A stretch of DNA of 64,000 bases from Candidatus Saccharimonadota bacterium (GTDB taxonomy: Bacteria > Patescibacteriota > Saccharimonadia > Saccharimonadales > JAICHO01). Shown in pieces: positions 1-9,853 of the stretch (within the stretch, counting starts at the first letter, position 1; each line of letters starts with the position of its first letter). Below the pieces are notes generated by a model. It did no database searches, was not told the DNA's origin, and was given only the letters and a program-made list of their open reading frames with translations. The position numbers and the translations under genes were made by a program. The stretch is from the NCBI GenBank assembly GCA_025924835.1, contig JAICHO010000002.1, positions 604 to 64,603 on the forward strand, in the 5' to 3' direction.

Positions 1-1
1 A

Positions 2-1201
2 ATCGCATTGGGCCATATCGAGCAGGAGCTAGATGAACGACTTGGTTATTTTAATAAGCATGGGTTGTTACTGGAAGCTCAACGTTTGCAGCAGCGCACT
101 CGGTTTGATCTGGAGATGCTGGAAGAGACAGGATTCGTAAAGGGTATAGAAAATTATAGCCGTTATCTAACTAACCGTGAACCTGGCGAACAACCCGCCA
201 CGCTACTGGACTACTTCCCGGACGATTATTTGATATTTGCTGATGAATCACATATGACATTGCCGCAAGTGCGCGGTATGTACAATGGCGACAGAGCACG
301 CAAAGAAGTACTAGTAGAACACGGTTTTAGACTACCAAGTGCTTTGGATAACCGCCCGCTAACATTCACCGAATTTGAAAAACATGTTAATAAAATAGTG
401 TATGTCAGTGCTACCCCTGCCCAATACGAACTATCGCGTAGTCCGGAACCTGTCCAGCAGGTCATCCGCCCAACTGGTTTGGTTGATCCGCCGATTGATG
501 TTCGGCCGATCGAGGGCCAGATTGATGATCTCATAAGCGAGATCAAAGAAACGGTTGATAAACATCAGCGCGTTTTAGTGACTACACTAACAAAGAGAAT
601 GTCAGAAGACTTGACCGAATATTTACAAGAATTAAATATCAAAGTGACTTATCTGCACAGCGACGTTGATACGCTTGATAGAACTGATATTCTCCGCGAC
701 TTGCGCTTAGGTGTCTACGACGTTGTTGTTGGGATTAATTTGCTCCGCGAAGGCTTGGACTTACCGGAGGTGAGCTTGGTTGCAATCCTTGATGCTGACA
801 AGGAAGGCTTTTTACGGAGTGAGCAGGCACTGATTCAAACTGTTGGTCGTGCGGCCCGCCATCTTGAAGGGCGGGTGATAATGTATGCTGATCAGATAAC
901 CGGAAGTATGCGCCGCACCATTGACGAAACAACACGGCGCCGTGCTATTCAGGAAGCGTACAACAAAGAGCACGGTATTACTCCTACGGGTATTGCATCA
1001 GCCATACAAAAAGGTATGAACCCAGAGATGACCGAAGAAGCCAAAAAAGCTAAACTGGATTTGAAGAAAATCCCTAAAGACGAATACGGCCATCTTATTA
1101 AAGACCTGACATCCCAAATGGAGCTTGCTAGTGCAAATCTTGAATTTGAAAAAGCCGCCGAACTACGCGATATTATTACCAGCATTAAGACCAAGCTGTA
1201 A
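2..1201 (+). CDS. uvrB: Excinuclease ABC subunit B, C-terminal ~400 aa (5' end outside the window)
   Basis: The frame is open from base 2. It has helicase C-terminal motifs ([35 protein letters not shown]) and the terminal UVR motif ([17 protein letters not shown]) typical of UvrB. Confidence 0.95.
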   Translation: MALGHIEQELDERLGYFNKHGLLLEAQRLQQRTRFDLEMLEETGFVKGIENYSRYLTNREPGEQPATLLDYFPDDYLIFADESHMTLPQVRGMYNGDRARKEVLVEHGFRLPSALDNRPLTFTEFEKHVNKIVYVSATPAQYELSRSPEPVQQVIRPTGLVDPPIDVRPIEGQIDDLISEIKETVDKHQRVLVTTLTKRMSEDLTEYLQELNIKVTYLHSDVDTLDRTDILRDLRLGVYDVVVGINLLREGLDLPEVSLVAILDADKEGFLRSEQALIQTVGRAARHLEGRVIMYADQITGSMRRTIDETTRRRAIQEAYNKEHGITPTGIASAIQKGMNPEMTEEAKKAKLDLKKIPKDEYGHLIKDLTSQMELASANLEFEKAAELRDIITSIKTKL

Positions 1202-1218
1202 TTACCAGAACACCAAGT

Positions 1219-1246
1219 TTGAACATGTGATTAATTGATCTATAAT
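1219..1246 (+). promoter_or_regulatory. Sigma70-type promoter TTGAAC-16-TATAAT for the ATPase operon
   Basis: TTGAAC at 1219-1224, a 16-nt spacer, and TATAAT at 1241-1246. Only 9 nt separate the hexamer from ATG 1256. Confidence 0.5.
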
Positions 1247-1255
1247 GCTTAGCAA

Positions 1256-3454
1256 ATGACCGAATATAGACAGTACGGCATGCAGCATTGGTACGAAGTC
1301 TATTTGTTGACCGACAAACTCGACAAAGAAGCATGGCAGAAAATTCTGTTGGGAATATCGCAGTATATAGGCTTTTTAAAAAGCTGGAAACTCGTGGTTA
1401 GCATAGAAAACAGCACGGTGCGTTACTTTATTGGTACTAATAAAGATGTGAGTTTGCTTTCTAACAATGTGGAAAATATTGTCCTGCGTCCTGTTTCGGC
1501 TGAACAAATACAGCTTCCGGAAACTCGGAGTAAGCAGCATTTTGTCACATTTGTGGGTGGTGGTAATTTTCTGGACCTGCGTGAAAAATATCAAGTTAAG
1601 CGAAGTCTGGAACTAACACACATTGTTTGTACGATCAGGACATTAAATCCAGAGAAGGCGCATGTCGCCGTCAGACTCTATTTCAAGAATTTGGCCGGTC
1701 AGCACGCTACTGCTAAAAAGACCTTATTTTTTCTGCCCTCGGTCTTGCTCAGCGTAGATTTTGTAGCTAACACGAAGTATTTGCGCAAAAAACAGCCAAA
1801 ATATCTGGATATTCAAAAAGCTATGCACATTATGCAAAGCGATAACGTTGGCGCGGTCTTTGAGGTTGATACATTTCCTTACCTGCCCAAAAATTTTTAC
1901 TTGCCACTACAGAGCTATGACTTTGATAAACACTCTTTTATTATTGGCGCCAGTGGTAGTGGCAAATCCAAGTTAATTCAATTGATCGTCAGCCGGCTAA
2001 GCTCGGCACAAGGGCTTAAGCAAAACTATCGTATCGTGGTTATTGATCCGCACGCCTCGCTGGAAGCCGATTTAAAAACCATCCCTGACACCACAATCGT
2101 TAGCTTTAAAGGACAAGATGACGGCGCGGAACTGTTCGGCGGGGCTGGAACCGATATTTCGGCAGCAACCGAACTAACCGGCACACTGTTTAAGTCATTA
2201 CTAGCAGATCAACATAATCCCAAGGTAGAACGAGTGTTGAGGTTCAGCTTGTTTGTGCTGATGACCGCGCAGGTTATGTCCCTGGACAAACTGAAGCGTC
2301 TGCTAACAGATATTGAATTCCGTAATCAAATCTTAGCCCATGTACAGGAATATGTGCCGGCGAATATCGTCAAGTTTTTTCAAACTGATTTTAATGAGCT
2401 ACGCACCCAAAGCTACAATGAAGCAATTTTGCCCATTGTGTCGCTAGTTGATGAAATGCAACTCCAGCCGTCGCTCGGCGAGCAGAATGAAAACACCAGC
2501 TCTCTCACCAAGCTTATCGGTGGCAATTTTCTGACACTGTTTTCGCTTAATAAAGTCAGCATGGGCGAAAAGGTCGTAAAAACAGTAGCCGGGCTGTTGA
2601 TTCAGCAAATCTTCTTGTTGGCCCAAGCGCGCGCCTTTAATGAAAAAATTATACTCATTGTTGACGAGGTATCTGTAGTTCAGAATCCCGCGCTGGCCAG
2701 TATTTTGGCTGAGGCGCGCAAATATAATTTGTTTGTATTTTTAACTCAACAGTACTTTGGTCAGATTGAAAAACCTTTGCAGGATGCAATATTTACCAAT
2801 GTGGCCAATTATTATGTTTTCAGAGTATCAGAAGAAGACGCTCGTGCTCTGGAGGGCAATTTGACCATAGAAATACCTAAAGAGATTTTGTTAGCTGAAA
2901 AAGCAAAAGGCAGCAAAGAGTCCGAGGTACGGGTTAAAATGCTAACCGCTTTGAACGCCCGTGAATGTTTTCTACGGCTCAGCAGCGACGGTCAGATTTT
3001 ACCGTGCGTTAAGGCGAGAACAGTTGATGCCGGTGATGATTTGCTCGCAGGCGATGTCTCAGAAGGTCTTAAGGCTTATGACCAGCCTTTGCAACAAATG
3101 CCCTCCAAGTTCATTGAAGGTTCACCTCCTGACCTAGGGCCTGTCAGTATGCATGAAGCGGCTCAAGCTGGCGCTCCTGCCAAATATTTCTCCAATGATT
3201 TATTCGCACAAGATGATGTCCAGGCGATTCTTAATCAAACTAATGCGCAACCTCCGGCCGCAGTGCAGCCACCTCCAACTGGTGTGCCTAATCTGACGGG
3301 ACACAATGCTCAGGTCAGTACACCCCACTCTACCGACAGAGTTAGTACTCCACCGCCAAAGCCACCCCTAAGTCCACCTGCCGCTACACAGCCAATGAAT
3401 CTCGCTTCGTTGCTGGCCAGCCAATCGTCATCACGCAAAAAGATAGTTAAATAA
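1256..3454 (+). CDS. HerA/FtsK/VirB4-class (DUF87-like) P-loop ATPase with an unrecognised N-terminal domain and a Pro-rich tail
   Basis: 732-aa ORF with Walker [10 protein letters not shown], then [10 protein letters not shown], a Walker B-like [10 protein letters not shown] and [13 protein letters not shown], in the order typical of HerA/VirB4-type ATPases. The first ~220 aa and the C-terminal Pro/Ser/Thr-rich ~110 aa carry no motif I recognise. Confidence 0.6.
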   Translation: MTEYRQYGMQHWYEVYLLTDKLDKEAWQKILLGISQYIGFLKSWKLVVSIENSTVRYFIGTNKDVSLLSNNVENIVLRPVSAEQIQLPETRSKQHFVTFVGGGNFLDLREKYQVKRSLELTHIVCTIRTLNPEKAHVAVRLYFKNLAGQHATAKKTLFFLPSVLLSVDFVANTKYLRKKQPKYLDIQKAMHIMQSDNVGAVFEVDTFPYLPKNFYLPLQSYDFDKHSFIIGASGSGKSKLIQLIVSRLSSAQGLKQNYRIVVIDPHASLEADLKTIPDTTIVSFKGQDDGAELFGGAGTDISAATELTGTLFKSLLADQHNPKVERVLRFSLFVLMTAQVMSLDKLKRLLTDIEFRNQILAHVQEYVPANIVKFFQTDFNELRTQSYNEAILPIVSLVDEMQLQPSLGEQNENTSSLTKLIGGNFLTLFSLNKVSMGEKVVKTVAGLLIQQIFLLAQARAFNEKIILIVDEVSVVQNPALASILAEARKYNLFVFLTQQYFGQIEKPLQDAIFTNVANYYVFRVSEEDARALEGNLTIEIPKEILLAEKAKGSKESEVRVKMLTALNARECFLRLSSDGQILPCVKARTVDAGDDLLAGDVSEGLKAYDQPLQQMPSKFIEGSPPDLGPVSMHEAAQAGAPAKYFSNDLFAQDDVQAILNQTNAQPPAAVQPPPTGVPNLTGHNAQVSTPHSTDRVSTPPPKPPLSPPAATQPMNLASLLASQSSSRKKIVK

Positions 3455-3463
3455 GGAATAAAT

Positions 3464-4162
3464 ATGAATGAAGCAACCGCCAAACAGATTTTAGATAAAG
3501 TCGTAGGACAAATATTTGGTTACCAAAACCCCTTAAGTTTAGAGCAAGCCGTACAAAAATTCGCGTTTGATATACGTTTGCCGCAACAGGTATATGACAG
3601 CACTACTAATGAGCCCACGTGGGCGCAATCGGTGAACCCCAGCAAATTTATTACCATGGATAATGCTCATAATCGCAGCGGTGTCGACGACTGGCTTATT
3701 CCTAAGCGCCCATTAAATGGACTGCAAGATATCTTGACGGCATGGGCGGAAACCAACCTTATGGCAACCGAAAGGCAAATAGAAAGTGCCAACATAGCCC
3801 AATCTGACAATATATATAATTCAGAGAATGTATACCGATCGATAGATATAACGCAGTCCAAAAATGTGCTCTTTAGCGACGCGGCTAACAAAAGCGAGTT
3901 TGTGGTCGCCTGCCAGCGTTCAAATGCCCTAAGCTTTTGCATCAGGACCGAAGACAGTAAGGAATGCTCCAATAGCTTTAATGTTATATGGTCCGCCAAA
4001 GTCGCAAATTGTTTCTTTGTGCAGGATTGCTACGATTTAACGGACTGCATGTTTTGTTCGCACATTACCAGCAAACAATTTTGTATAGCTAATATGCAAT
4101 ACGAAGAAGCTGAGTACCGCAAGCTCAAAGAATTAGTCGTACGCTGGATTCTTACCAGTTAG
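3464..4162 (+). CDS. Hypothetical Cys-rich repeat protein, co-operonic with the ATPase
   Basis: 232-aa ORF starting 9 nt after the ATPase stop, with AAGGAA upstream. The C-terminal half has 8 Cys in a quasi-periodic pattern (CQRSNALSFCIRTEDSKECSNSFNVIWSAKVANCFFVQDCYDLTDCMFCSHITSKQFC). I recognise no family. Confidence 0.55.
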   Translation: MNEATAKQILDKVVGQIFGYQNPLSLEQAVQKFAFDIRLPQQVYDSTTNEPTWAQSVNPSKFITMDNAHNRSGVDDWLIPKRPLNGLQDILTAWAETNLMATERQIESANIAQSDNIYNSENVYRSIDITQSKNVLFSDAANKSEFVVACQRSNALSFCIRTEDSKECSNSFNVIWSAKVANCFFVQDCYDLTDCMFCSHITSKQFCIANMQYEEAEYRKLKELVVRWILTS

Positions 4163-4183
4163 ATCTGTTATACTAACCAGGAA

Positions 4184-4477
4184 ATGGCTAAATTATCGCG
4201 GGACGATGTATTAAAATTGGCTCAACTTGCCAGACTTCATTTGACTGATGAAGAAGTCGAACAATTTGCAGCAGAAATTAGCGCTATTTTAGGCTACGTA
4301 GAGCAATTGCAGTCGGTAGACCTTAAAGACACTGAACCGACATATCAAGTAACAGGTCTTACAAATGTTATGCGGCCTGATGCCGAAATAGACTACGGCG
4401 TATCCGCGGAGGAATTGCTTAAAAACGTGCCGGCCATACATAACGGCCATATTAAAGTTAAACGGATGTTAGATTAA
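4184..4477 (+). CDS. gatC: Asp/Glu-tRNA amidotransferase subunit C
   Basis: 97 aa with an N-terminus (LSRDDVLKLAQLARLHLTDEEVEQF...ILGYVEQL) typical of GatC. It sits immediately upstream of gatA with overlapping stop and start. Confidence 0.9.
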   Translation: MAKLSRDDVLKLAQLARLHLTDEEVEQFAAEISAILGYVEQLQSVDLKDTEPTYQVTGLTNVMRPDAEIDYGVSAEELLKNVPAIHNGHIKVKRMLD

Positions 4478-5913
4478 TGAGCAGCCAATGGCAATCACTG
4501 GCCGATATGGCAGACAGCGTTCAAACAGGCCGAGTTAAAGCGGCCGATTTGGTAGCGCAAGCACTTAAAACTATAGAACAAAAAAAAGAATTTAATGCCG
4601 TAATTAGCTTAACGGCCGAGCGCGCCGGACTAAGAGCTCAGGAGATAGATCAACGCATCAAAGACGGCGAGAAAATCGGACCATTAGCCGGTATTCCTTT
4701 TATTGCTAAAGACAACTTTTTAACATATGGTGGTGAGACCACTGCGGCCAGTAATATTCTCAAGGGTTTTAACGCTCCTTATCAGGCCACGGCCATAAAT
4801 AAATTGGAAGCAGCCGGTGCGATCGTAGTTGCCAAGGCAAATTTGGATGCGTTTGCGCACGGAGGCAGCACTGAAAATAGTGACTTTATGGTAACAAAAA
4901 ATCCTCATGATGATAGTCGTGTTCCCGGCGGCTCCTCCGGCGGCTCCGCAGCAGCTGTAGTATTAGATATGGTACCCTTCGCGCTAGGCACTGATACGGG
5001 AGGTTCCATTCGTCAGCCAGCCAGCTTTAGCGGTGCGGTAGGTCTCAAGCCGACATACGGACTTGTATCACGCAGCGGCGTTGTGGCTATGGCCAGCAGT
5101 ACCGATGTTATTGGGCCGCTTGCCCGTACTGTCGCTGACGCGGCTCTGGTTCTAGACGTAATGGCCGGAAAAGATCCGCTGGATGCGACCTCAATTGACA
5201 GCAACACTGCGGGCTATACCATAAACAAGCCTGCTTCCAAAAAAATATCTGGCAAAATCGGTGTTGTTAAAGAATATATGGACTCAATTGTAGATGACGG
5301 GGTTAAGCGGCACATAGAACAAGTGATACATACCTTAGAGCAAAACGGTGCTCATATAGAAGCAGTCAGCCTGCCATCTTTACCACTAGCGCTGGCCTGT
5401 TATTACATTATCTGCCCCGCAGAAGTCAGCAGTAATCTGAGCCGTTATGACGGGCAACGCTACGGTTATACCCAACCTAACGCCCAAAATATAGAAGAGA
5501 GCTACATCTGGTCGAGAAGCGAAGGGTTCGGCAAGGAAGCCAAACGCCGAATTATGCTTGGTACGTATGTTTTAAGCAGCGGCTACTACGACGCGTACTA
5601 TAAAAAGGCCCAGCAATTGCGTACAAAAATTATACGCGAATTTGAAATGTCCTTTCAAAATGTGGACTTTCTGTTAGGCCCGGTTACGCCCACCACGGCC
5701 TTTAAAATTGGCCAAAAGGCGGCTGACCCGCTAGAAATGTATCTGCAAGATACTATGACTGTAGCTATTAATTTGGCTGGTGCGCCGGCAATGAGCGTCC
5801 CAGCTGGCAAGAGTAATGGATTACCGGTCGGCCTGCAGCTAATCGCGCCCATGCGTGCTGACCGAGAATTATTGTTGATGGCTCACGACATTGAGGAGTT
5901 GTTGTTGCCATGA
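4477..5913 (+). CDS. gatA: Asp/Glu-tRNA amidotransferase subunit A
   Basis: 478 aa with the amidase signature GGSSGGSAAAV and TDTGGSIRQPA. Confidence 0.95.
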   Translation: MSSQWQSLADMADSVQTGRVKAADLVAQALKTIEQKKEFNAVISLTAERAGLRAQEIDQRIKDGEKIGPLAGIPFIAKDNFLTYGGETTAASNILKGFNAPYQATAINKLEAAGAIVVAKANLDAFAHGGSTENSDFMVTKNPHDDSRVPGGSSGGSAAAVVLDMVPFALGTDTGGSIRQPASFSGAVGLKPTYGLVSRSGVVAMASSTDVIGPLARTVADAALVLDVMAGKDPLDATSIDSNTAGYTINKPASKKISGKIGVVKEYMDSIVDDGVKRHIEQVIHTLEQNGAHIEAVSLPSLPLALACYYIICPAEVSSNLSRYDGQRYGYTQPNAQNIEESYIWSRSEGFGKEAKRRIMLGTYVLSSGYYDAYYKKAQQLRTKIIREFEMSFQNVDFLLGPVTPTTAFKIGQKAADPLEMYLQDTMTVAINLAGAPAMSVPAGKSNGLPVGLQLIAPMRADRELLLMAHDIEELLLP

Positions 5914-6332
5914 GTATAGTTTTAATGGCAGAAGTCGTTGGCGTATTATTCGTTGTTGGCTTAATTGCTATGGTTGTGTATAGAAAACGACCCCGTCGGC
6001 TTAAGGCTGATCAATTTATGGCTAATTGGAAAGAGCTTCAGGCCTACTGCAAAGATAAGGCAACCTGGCCGCTGGCCATCTTAGAAGCCGACAAGTTGTT
6101 GGATATAGCGCTAAAAAAACGCAAGCTCAAAGGCAAAACCATGGGCGCACGACTTGTGGCGGCGCAGCGTATATTGAGTGACAATGATGATGTTTGGTTT
6201 GCGCACAATTTAGCAAAAAAAATTGCTGCCCAAAGCGATTTTAAGCTGAAAGAAACCGATGTAAAGGAAGCCCTTATAGGCTTTAGGCAAGCATTAAAGG
6301 ACATTGGAGCACTACCAAGTGAAAAATTGTAA
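5910..6332 (+). CDS. Hypothetical single-pass membrane protein inserted between gatA and gatB
   Basis: 140 aa with an N-terminal hydrophobic helix (VVGVLFVVGLIAMVVY) followed by a basic/helical region. Its ATG overlaps the gatA TGA (ATGA). Confidence 0.6.
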   Translation: MSIVLMAEVVGVLFVVGLIAMVVYRKRPRRLKADQFMANWKELQAYCKDKATWPLAILEADKLLDIALKKRKLKGKTMGARLVAAQRILSDNDDVWFAHNLAKKIAAQSDFKLKETDVKEALIGFRQALKDIGALPSEKL

Positions 6333-6419
6333 TGCGTTTAACGTGCCAACAATAGCACCTACGCGACGTATGCGAAGATATTGCTATATGTTCTCTACGC
6401 TCATGGCTACAAGGTGTCT

Positions 6420-7874
6420 ATGCTAGATCCGGAAATCCGTGCGAAGTATACTCCTACAATTGGTATTGAATGCCACGTGCAGCTTAAGACGCGCACAAAG
6501 TTATTTGCGGCTGTGAGTAACGACGCCCGTAATGCAGCCCCAAACACGCTTATTAGTCATATTTGTCTTGGTATGCCAGGAGCACTCCCAGTGCTGAATG
6601 AGAAAGTCGTTGAGTATGCGATGCAAGTAGCTTTTGCGTTCAATACAGAGCCACAACGGTATAGTCATTTTGAGCGAAAACATTATTTTTATCCTGATCT
6701 GCCAAAGGGCTATCAGATTACTCAGTTAAGCCACCCGATAATCGTCGGCGGTTATGTTGATTTGGGAATAGAAGACGAGATAAAACGTATACGAATTAAC
6801 AGAGTACAAATTGAAGAAGATGCGGGTAAAAGTACACACCCAACCGGCAAAGACTATAGCTTAGTGGACCTAAATCGCGCTGGCACGCCACTGCTTGAAA
6901 TCGTATCCGAGGCTGACATGCACACGGCAGCAGAAGCCAAGTTGTATGCGCATGAACTGTGGTTGTTAGTGCGATACGCCGGCGTGTCGGATGCTGATCT
7001 TTACCAAGGAAACATGCGCTTTGACGTTAACGTTAGCGTTAGTAAGACTGATAAGTTAGGATTACGTACGGAAACTAAAAATCTTAACAGCTTTCGCAGT
7101 GTCGAGAAGGCGACTGAATATGAAATTGGCCGCCAGATTGAATTATTGGAGAAGGGCAAAGCTATTGTCCAGGAAACACGTGGCTGGGATGATGCTAAAC
7201 AAAAGACGTTTTCTCAGCGCAGCAAAGAGGATGCGCATGATTATAGGTATTTTCCTGATCCTGATATACCGCCCATAGTACTCAGTGATGCGGCAGTTCA
7301 AACAATCAAATCGATTATGCCAACATTACCGCGCCAACTACGGCAACGTTTGCGCGCACTCAAAATTGATCCGTCGGCTACAGAGACATTGATAGAAGAA
7401 ATGCCCGCTGGCAAGCTTATTATTGCTTTGCTTGACAGCGGCTGTAATAACGACGCCGTCAAACGTATTGCTAATTGGCTTGTTACCGAAGTACAAGCGC
7501 TCGTATCGGGCGGCACGTATACATGGGAGAACTTACACCTAAACCCTGATCACCTTGTCGTATTAGCCGACATGACAACTGCGAATAAGGTGAGCTCTAC
7601 TGGCGCTAAGGCGATCTTGCATGAGTTGCTCTTAACTGGAAAAAGTCCAGAAAAAATTGCCACTGAAAAGAATTTGCTGCAAGTATCCGACGAAAGTGAA
7701 ATAGCTGCAATCGTGGCTAAGGTTTTAAGTGATAATCCGCAAGCTGCTACCGACGTTAAAAATGGCGAGATGAAGGCCATTGGTTTCTTGGTGGGCCAAG
7801 TTATGAAACAGTCACACGGTAAAGCCAATCCAAATCTGGCTCAAAAACTCATCAAAGAACAACTCGGCCAATAA
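6420..7874 (+). CDS. gatB: Asp/Glu-tRNA amidotransferase subunit B
   Basis: GatB N-terminus (YTPTIGIECHVQLKT) and C-terminal YqeY-like domain. The track ORF starts at TTG 6381, but ATG 6420 (MLDPEIRAKY...) fits the family N-terminus better. Confidence 0.93.
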   Translation: MLDPEIRAKYTPTIGIECHVQLKTRTKLFAAVSNDARNAAPNTLISHICLGMPGALPVLNEKVVEYAMQVAFAFNTEPQRYSHFERKHYFYPDLPKGYQITQLSHPIIVGGYVDLGIEDEIKRIRINRVQIEEDAGKSTHPTGKDYSLVDLNRAGTPLLEIVSEADMHTAAEAKLYAHELWLLVRYAGVSDADLYQGNMRFDVNVSVSKTDKLGLRTETKNLNSFRSVEKATEYEIGRQIELLEKGKAIVQETRGWDDAKQKTFSQRSKEDAHDYRYFPDPDIPPIVLSDAAVQTIKSIMPTLPRQLRQRLRALKIDPSATETLIEEMPAGKLIIALLDSGCNNDAVKRIANWLVTEVQALVSGGTYTWENLHLNPDHLVVLADMTTANKVSSTGAKAILHELLLTGKSPEKIATEKNLLQVSDESEIAAIVAKVLSDNPQAATDVKNGEMKAIGFLVGQVMKQSHGKANPNLAQKLIKEQLGQ

Positions 7875-7945
7875 TGGACAATGTTGGTATGAACTAGTGC
7901 GTAAAGAGCGGTGAACCTACTAATCTCACATGGTACAATCAAGCT

Positions 7946-8839
7946 ATGCCTTTACCCAAAGTTAGAAAAGCGGTTATTGCGGCGGCAGGGTTTGGAACAC
8001 GGTTTTTGCCTCAGACCAAAGCCATGCCAAAAGAGATGCTACCAATTGTTGACAAGCCAATCATCCAATATATTGTGGAGGAACTTGTTGCAGCTGGAAT
8101 CCAAGACATAGTGATCGTAACCGGTTATCATAAGCGTTCAATTGAGGACCACTTTGATGATATTAGCGGTGATCTGAGAGCTAATTTGGAGCAAGGCGGC
8201 AAATTAAAACTGCTTGAAGAAACCGACAAGATTGCTGATTTGGCAAATTTTGTATACGTACGTCAAAAGGGACCATATGGTACTGCGACACCCTTGGTCA
8301 ATGTCCATCATCTCATTGGGAACGAGCCTTTTATATATGTTTTCGCAGATGATCTTATTGTTGCGAACCCCAATTGTTATAAACAGATGATTGATTTATA
8401 TGAAGAAACCGGCGGAGCTATTCTGCCCTGCATCCGCCTAACTTCTGACGCGCAGTACGACCGTTATGGTGTACTCGGTGGCGAACTTATCAGCACCGAT
8501 GTTCTTAAAATGGATACTATCATGGAAAAGCCAGGTCGGGCACATGCACCAACTGATTTCGGTAGTGTGGGGGGCTATTTGCTCACAGCCGATGTTTTTG
8601 ACTATCTTGAACATGGGCAGAGCAAACTTGGGCCGGACCAGGAGTTCTATCTGACTGATAATGTCATACAACCAATGCTTGACGATGGTAAGTTATTTTT
8701 TGGCTGTAAAGTCAAGAATAGCGTACGTTATGACACTGGTAATAAACTTGACTACCTAAAAACAGTGGTAGATTTTGCCTTAAAACACGAAGATATCAGA
8801 GACGAATTTCGGGAGTACTTGCACGCAGTGTTACAATAA
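7946..8839 (+). CDS. galU: UTP-glucose-1-phosphate uridylyltransferase
   Basis: KAVIAAAGFGTRFLPQTKAMPKEMLPIVDKPIIQYIVEE is the GalU nucleotidyltransferase N-terminal signature. Confidence 0.9.
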   Translation: MPLPKVRKAVIAAAGFGTRFLPQTKAMPKEMLPIVDKPIIQYIVEELVAAGIQDIVIVTGYHKRSIEDHFDDISGDLRANLEQGGKLKLLEETDKIADLANFVYVRQKGPYGTATPLVNVHHLIGNEPFIYVFADDLIVANPNCYKQMIDLYEETGGAILPCIRLTSDAQYDRYGVLGGELISTDVLKMDTIMEKPGRAHAPTDFGSVGGYLLTADVFDYLEHGQSKLGPDQEFYLTDNVIQPMLDDGKLFFGCKVKNSVRYDTGNKLDYLKTVVDFALKHEDIRDEFREYLHAVLQ

Positions 8840-8848
8840 GAGATACAT

Positions 8849-9121
8849 ATGGAGAACGCTCAGCAAATATTAGTCATAATTTTAAGTATCATGCTGGCAC
8901 TATTTCTTTTGCTCGGTATATTTGCACTAACCAAGCTTATACAACTACTTGACCATTTGAAAAAAATCACAGAAAAAGCCGAAAAACTGGCTGATACCGC
9001 CGAGAGCGTCGGCGAGTTTTTTAAATATACGGCTGGCCCGGCCGCTATTGGGAAACTAGTAGCTAATATTACCGGGGTAGTATTTAAACATAAGAAAGCT
9101 GGGAGGCACGACGATGAGTAA
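8849..9121 (+). CDS. Small membrane protein, DUF948/YtxG-like
   Basis: 90 aa with an N-terminal TM helix then a helical segment. It sits directly upstream of a YtxH-like gene, as in the Bacillus ytxGH arrangement. Confidence 0.5.
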   Translation: MENAQQILVIILSIMLALFLLLGIFALTKLIQLLDHLKKITEKAEKLADTAESVGEFFKYTAGPAAIGKLVANITGVVFKHKKAGRHDDE

Positions 9122-9533
9122 CAAACGCAATATTGCTGTGGGTACCGTGTTGGTCGCGGCAGCAGGTTATGTGGCAGGATTACTGACAGCTCCAAAAAGC
9201 GGACGTGAAACGCGTAAAGACATACGCAATGCAGCTCAGAAGGCTAAAGGCGAAGCAGAACGCAAGCTAAAAAACGCTCATGGCGAGCTCACCAAGCTAG
9301 TAAACGAAGCCACAGAAGCAGCTAAGAATTCCAAGAATAAGGCCAGCGAAGAATTAAAAAAAGCAATAGAAAAGGCTGACACAGTCCGTCAGAAAACAAG
9401 GGTTATATTGTCAGCTATTCATGAAGGCGAGGCAGAAGACAAGGATCTACAAAGTGCCTTGGACGAGGTTAAAACAGCCATTAAACACTTAAAGCAATAT
9501 GCCGCTAAGCCTCAAGAAAAAAAAGCAGAATAA
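9114..9533 (+). CDS. YtxH-domain protein
   Basis: 139 aa with a TM helix followed by APKSGRETRKDIRN, the YtxH motif, and a Lys/Glu-rich coiled region. Confidence 0.7.
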   Translation: MSNKRNIAVGTVLVAAAGYVAGLLTAPKSGRETRKDIRNAAQKAKGEAERKLKNAHGELTKLVNEATEAAKNSKNKASEELKKAIEKADTVRQKTRVILSAIHEGEAEDKDLQSALDEVKTAIKHLKQYAAKPQEKKAE

Positions 9534-9780
9534 GCCAAAGCCCTCTTATGAGGACTTGGGTAAAATGTTACAAAATATCTATGAATCCGGTTATGCTGAC
9601 CGGAACCAAACGTATAAGATGAGCTTCTTTAAGGGCGTATTATCCGGACTGGGTGGAGTATTGGGGGCAACTATACTGGTCGGAATCCTGCTGTGGGTTC
9701 TTTCATTATTTAGTCATGTTCCATTATTGAACAGGTTTGTAAATAATGTTCGTCAAACTGTTACAACACAGAACCGTTAA
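9499..9780 (+). CDS. Small two-TM membrane protein (start uncertain: ATG 9499 or ATG 9565)
   Basis: The ORF has a hydrophobic C-terminal half (GVLSGLGGVLGATILVGILLWVLSLF). The 9499 start overlaps the preceding gene by 35 nt. Confidence 0.5.
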   Translation: MPLSLKKKKQNKPKPSYEDLGKMLQNIYESGYADRNQTYKMSFFKGVLSGLGGVLGATILVGILLWVLSLFSHVPLLNRFVNNVRQTVTTQNR

Positions 9781-9782
9781 TG

Positions 9783-9808
9783 TGGTACTTATATGTACCA
9801 GCGATTTT
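9783..9808 (+). terminator. Possible intrinsic terminator after the small-membrane-protein genes
   Basis: TGGTAC-ttatat-GTACCA hairpin (9783-9800) followed by gcgATTTTA. The stem is short. Confidence 0.35.
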
Positions 9809-9853
9809 AAGATAACTAGAGTAAAATAAAAGAACAAAGAGGGTATTTAGCAC

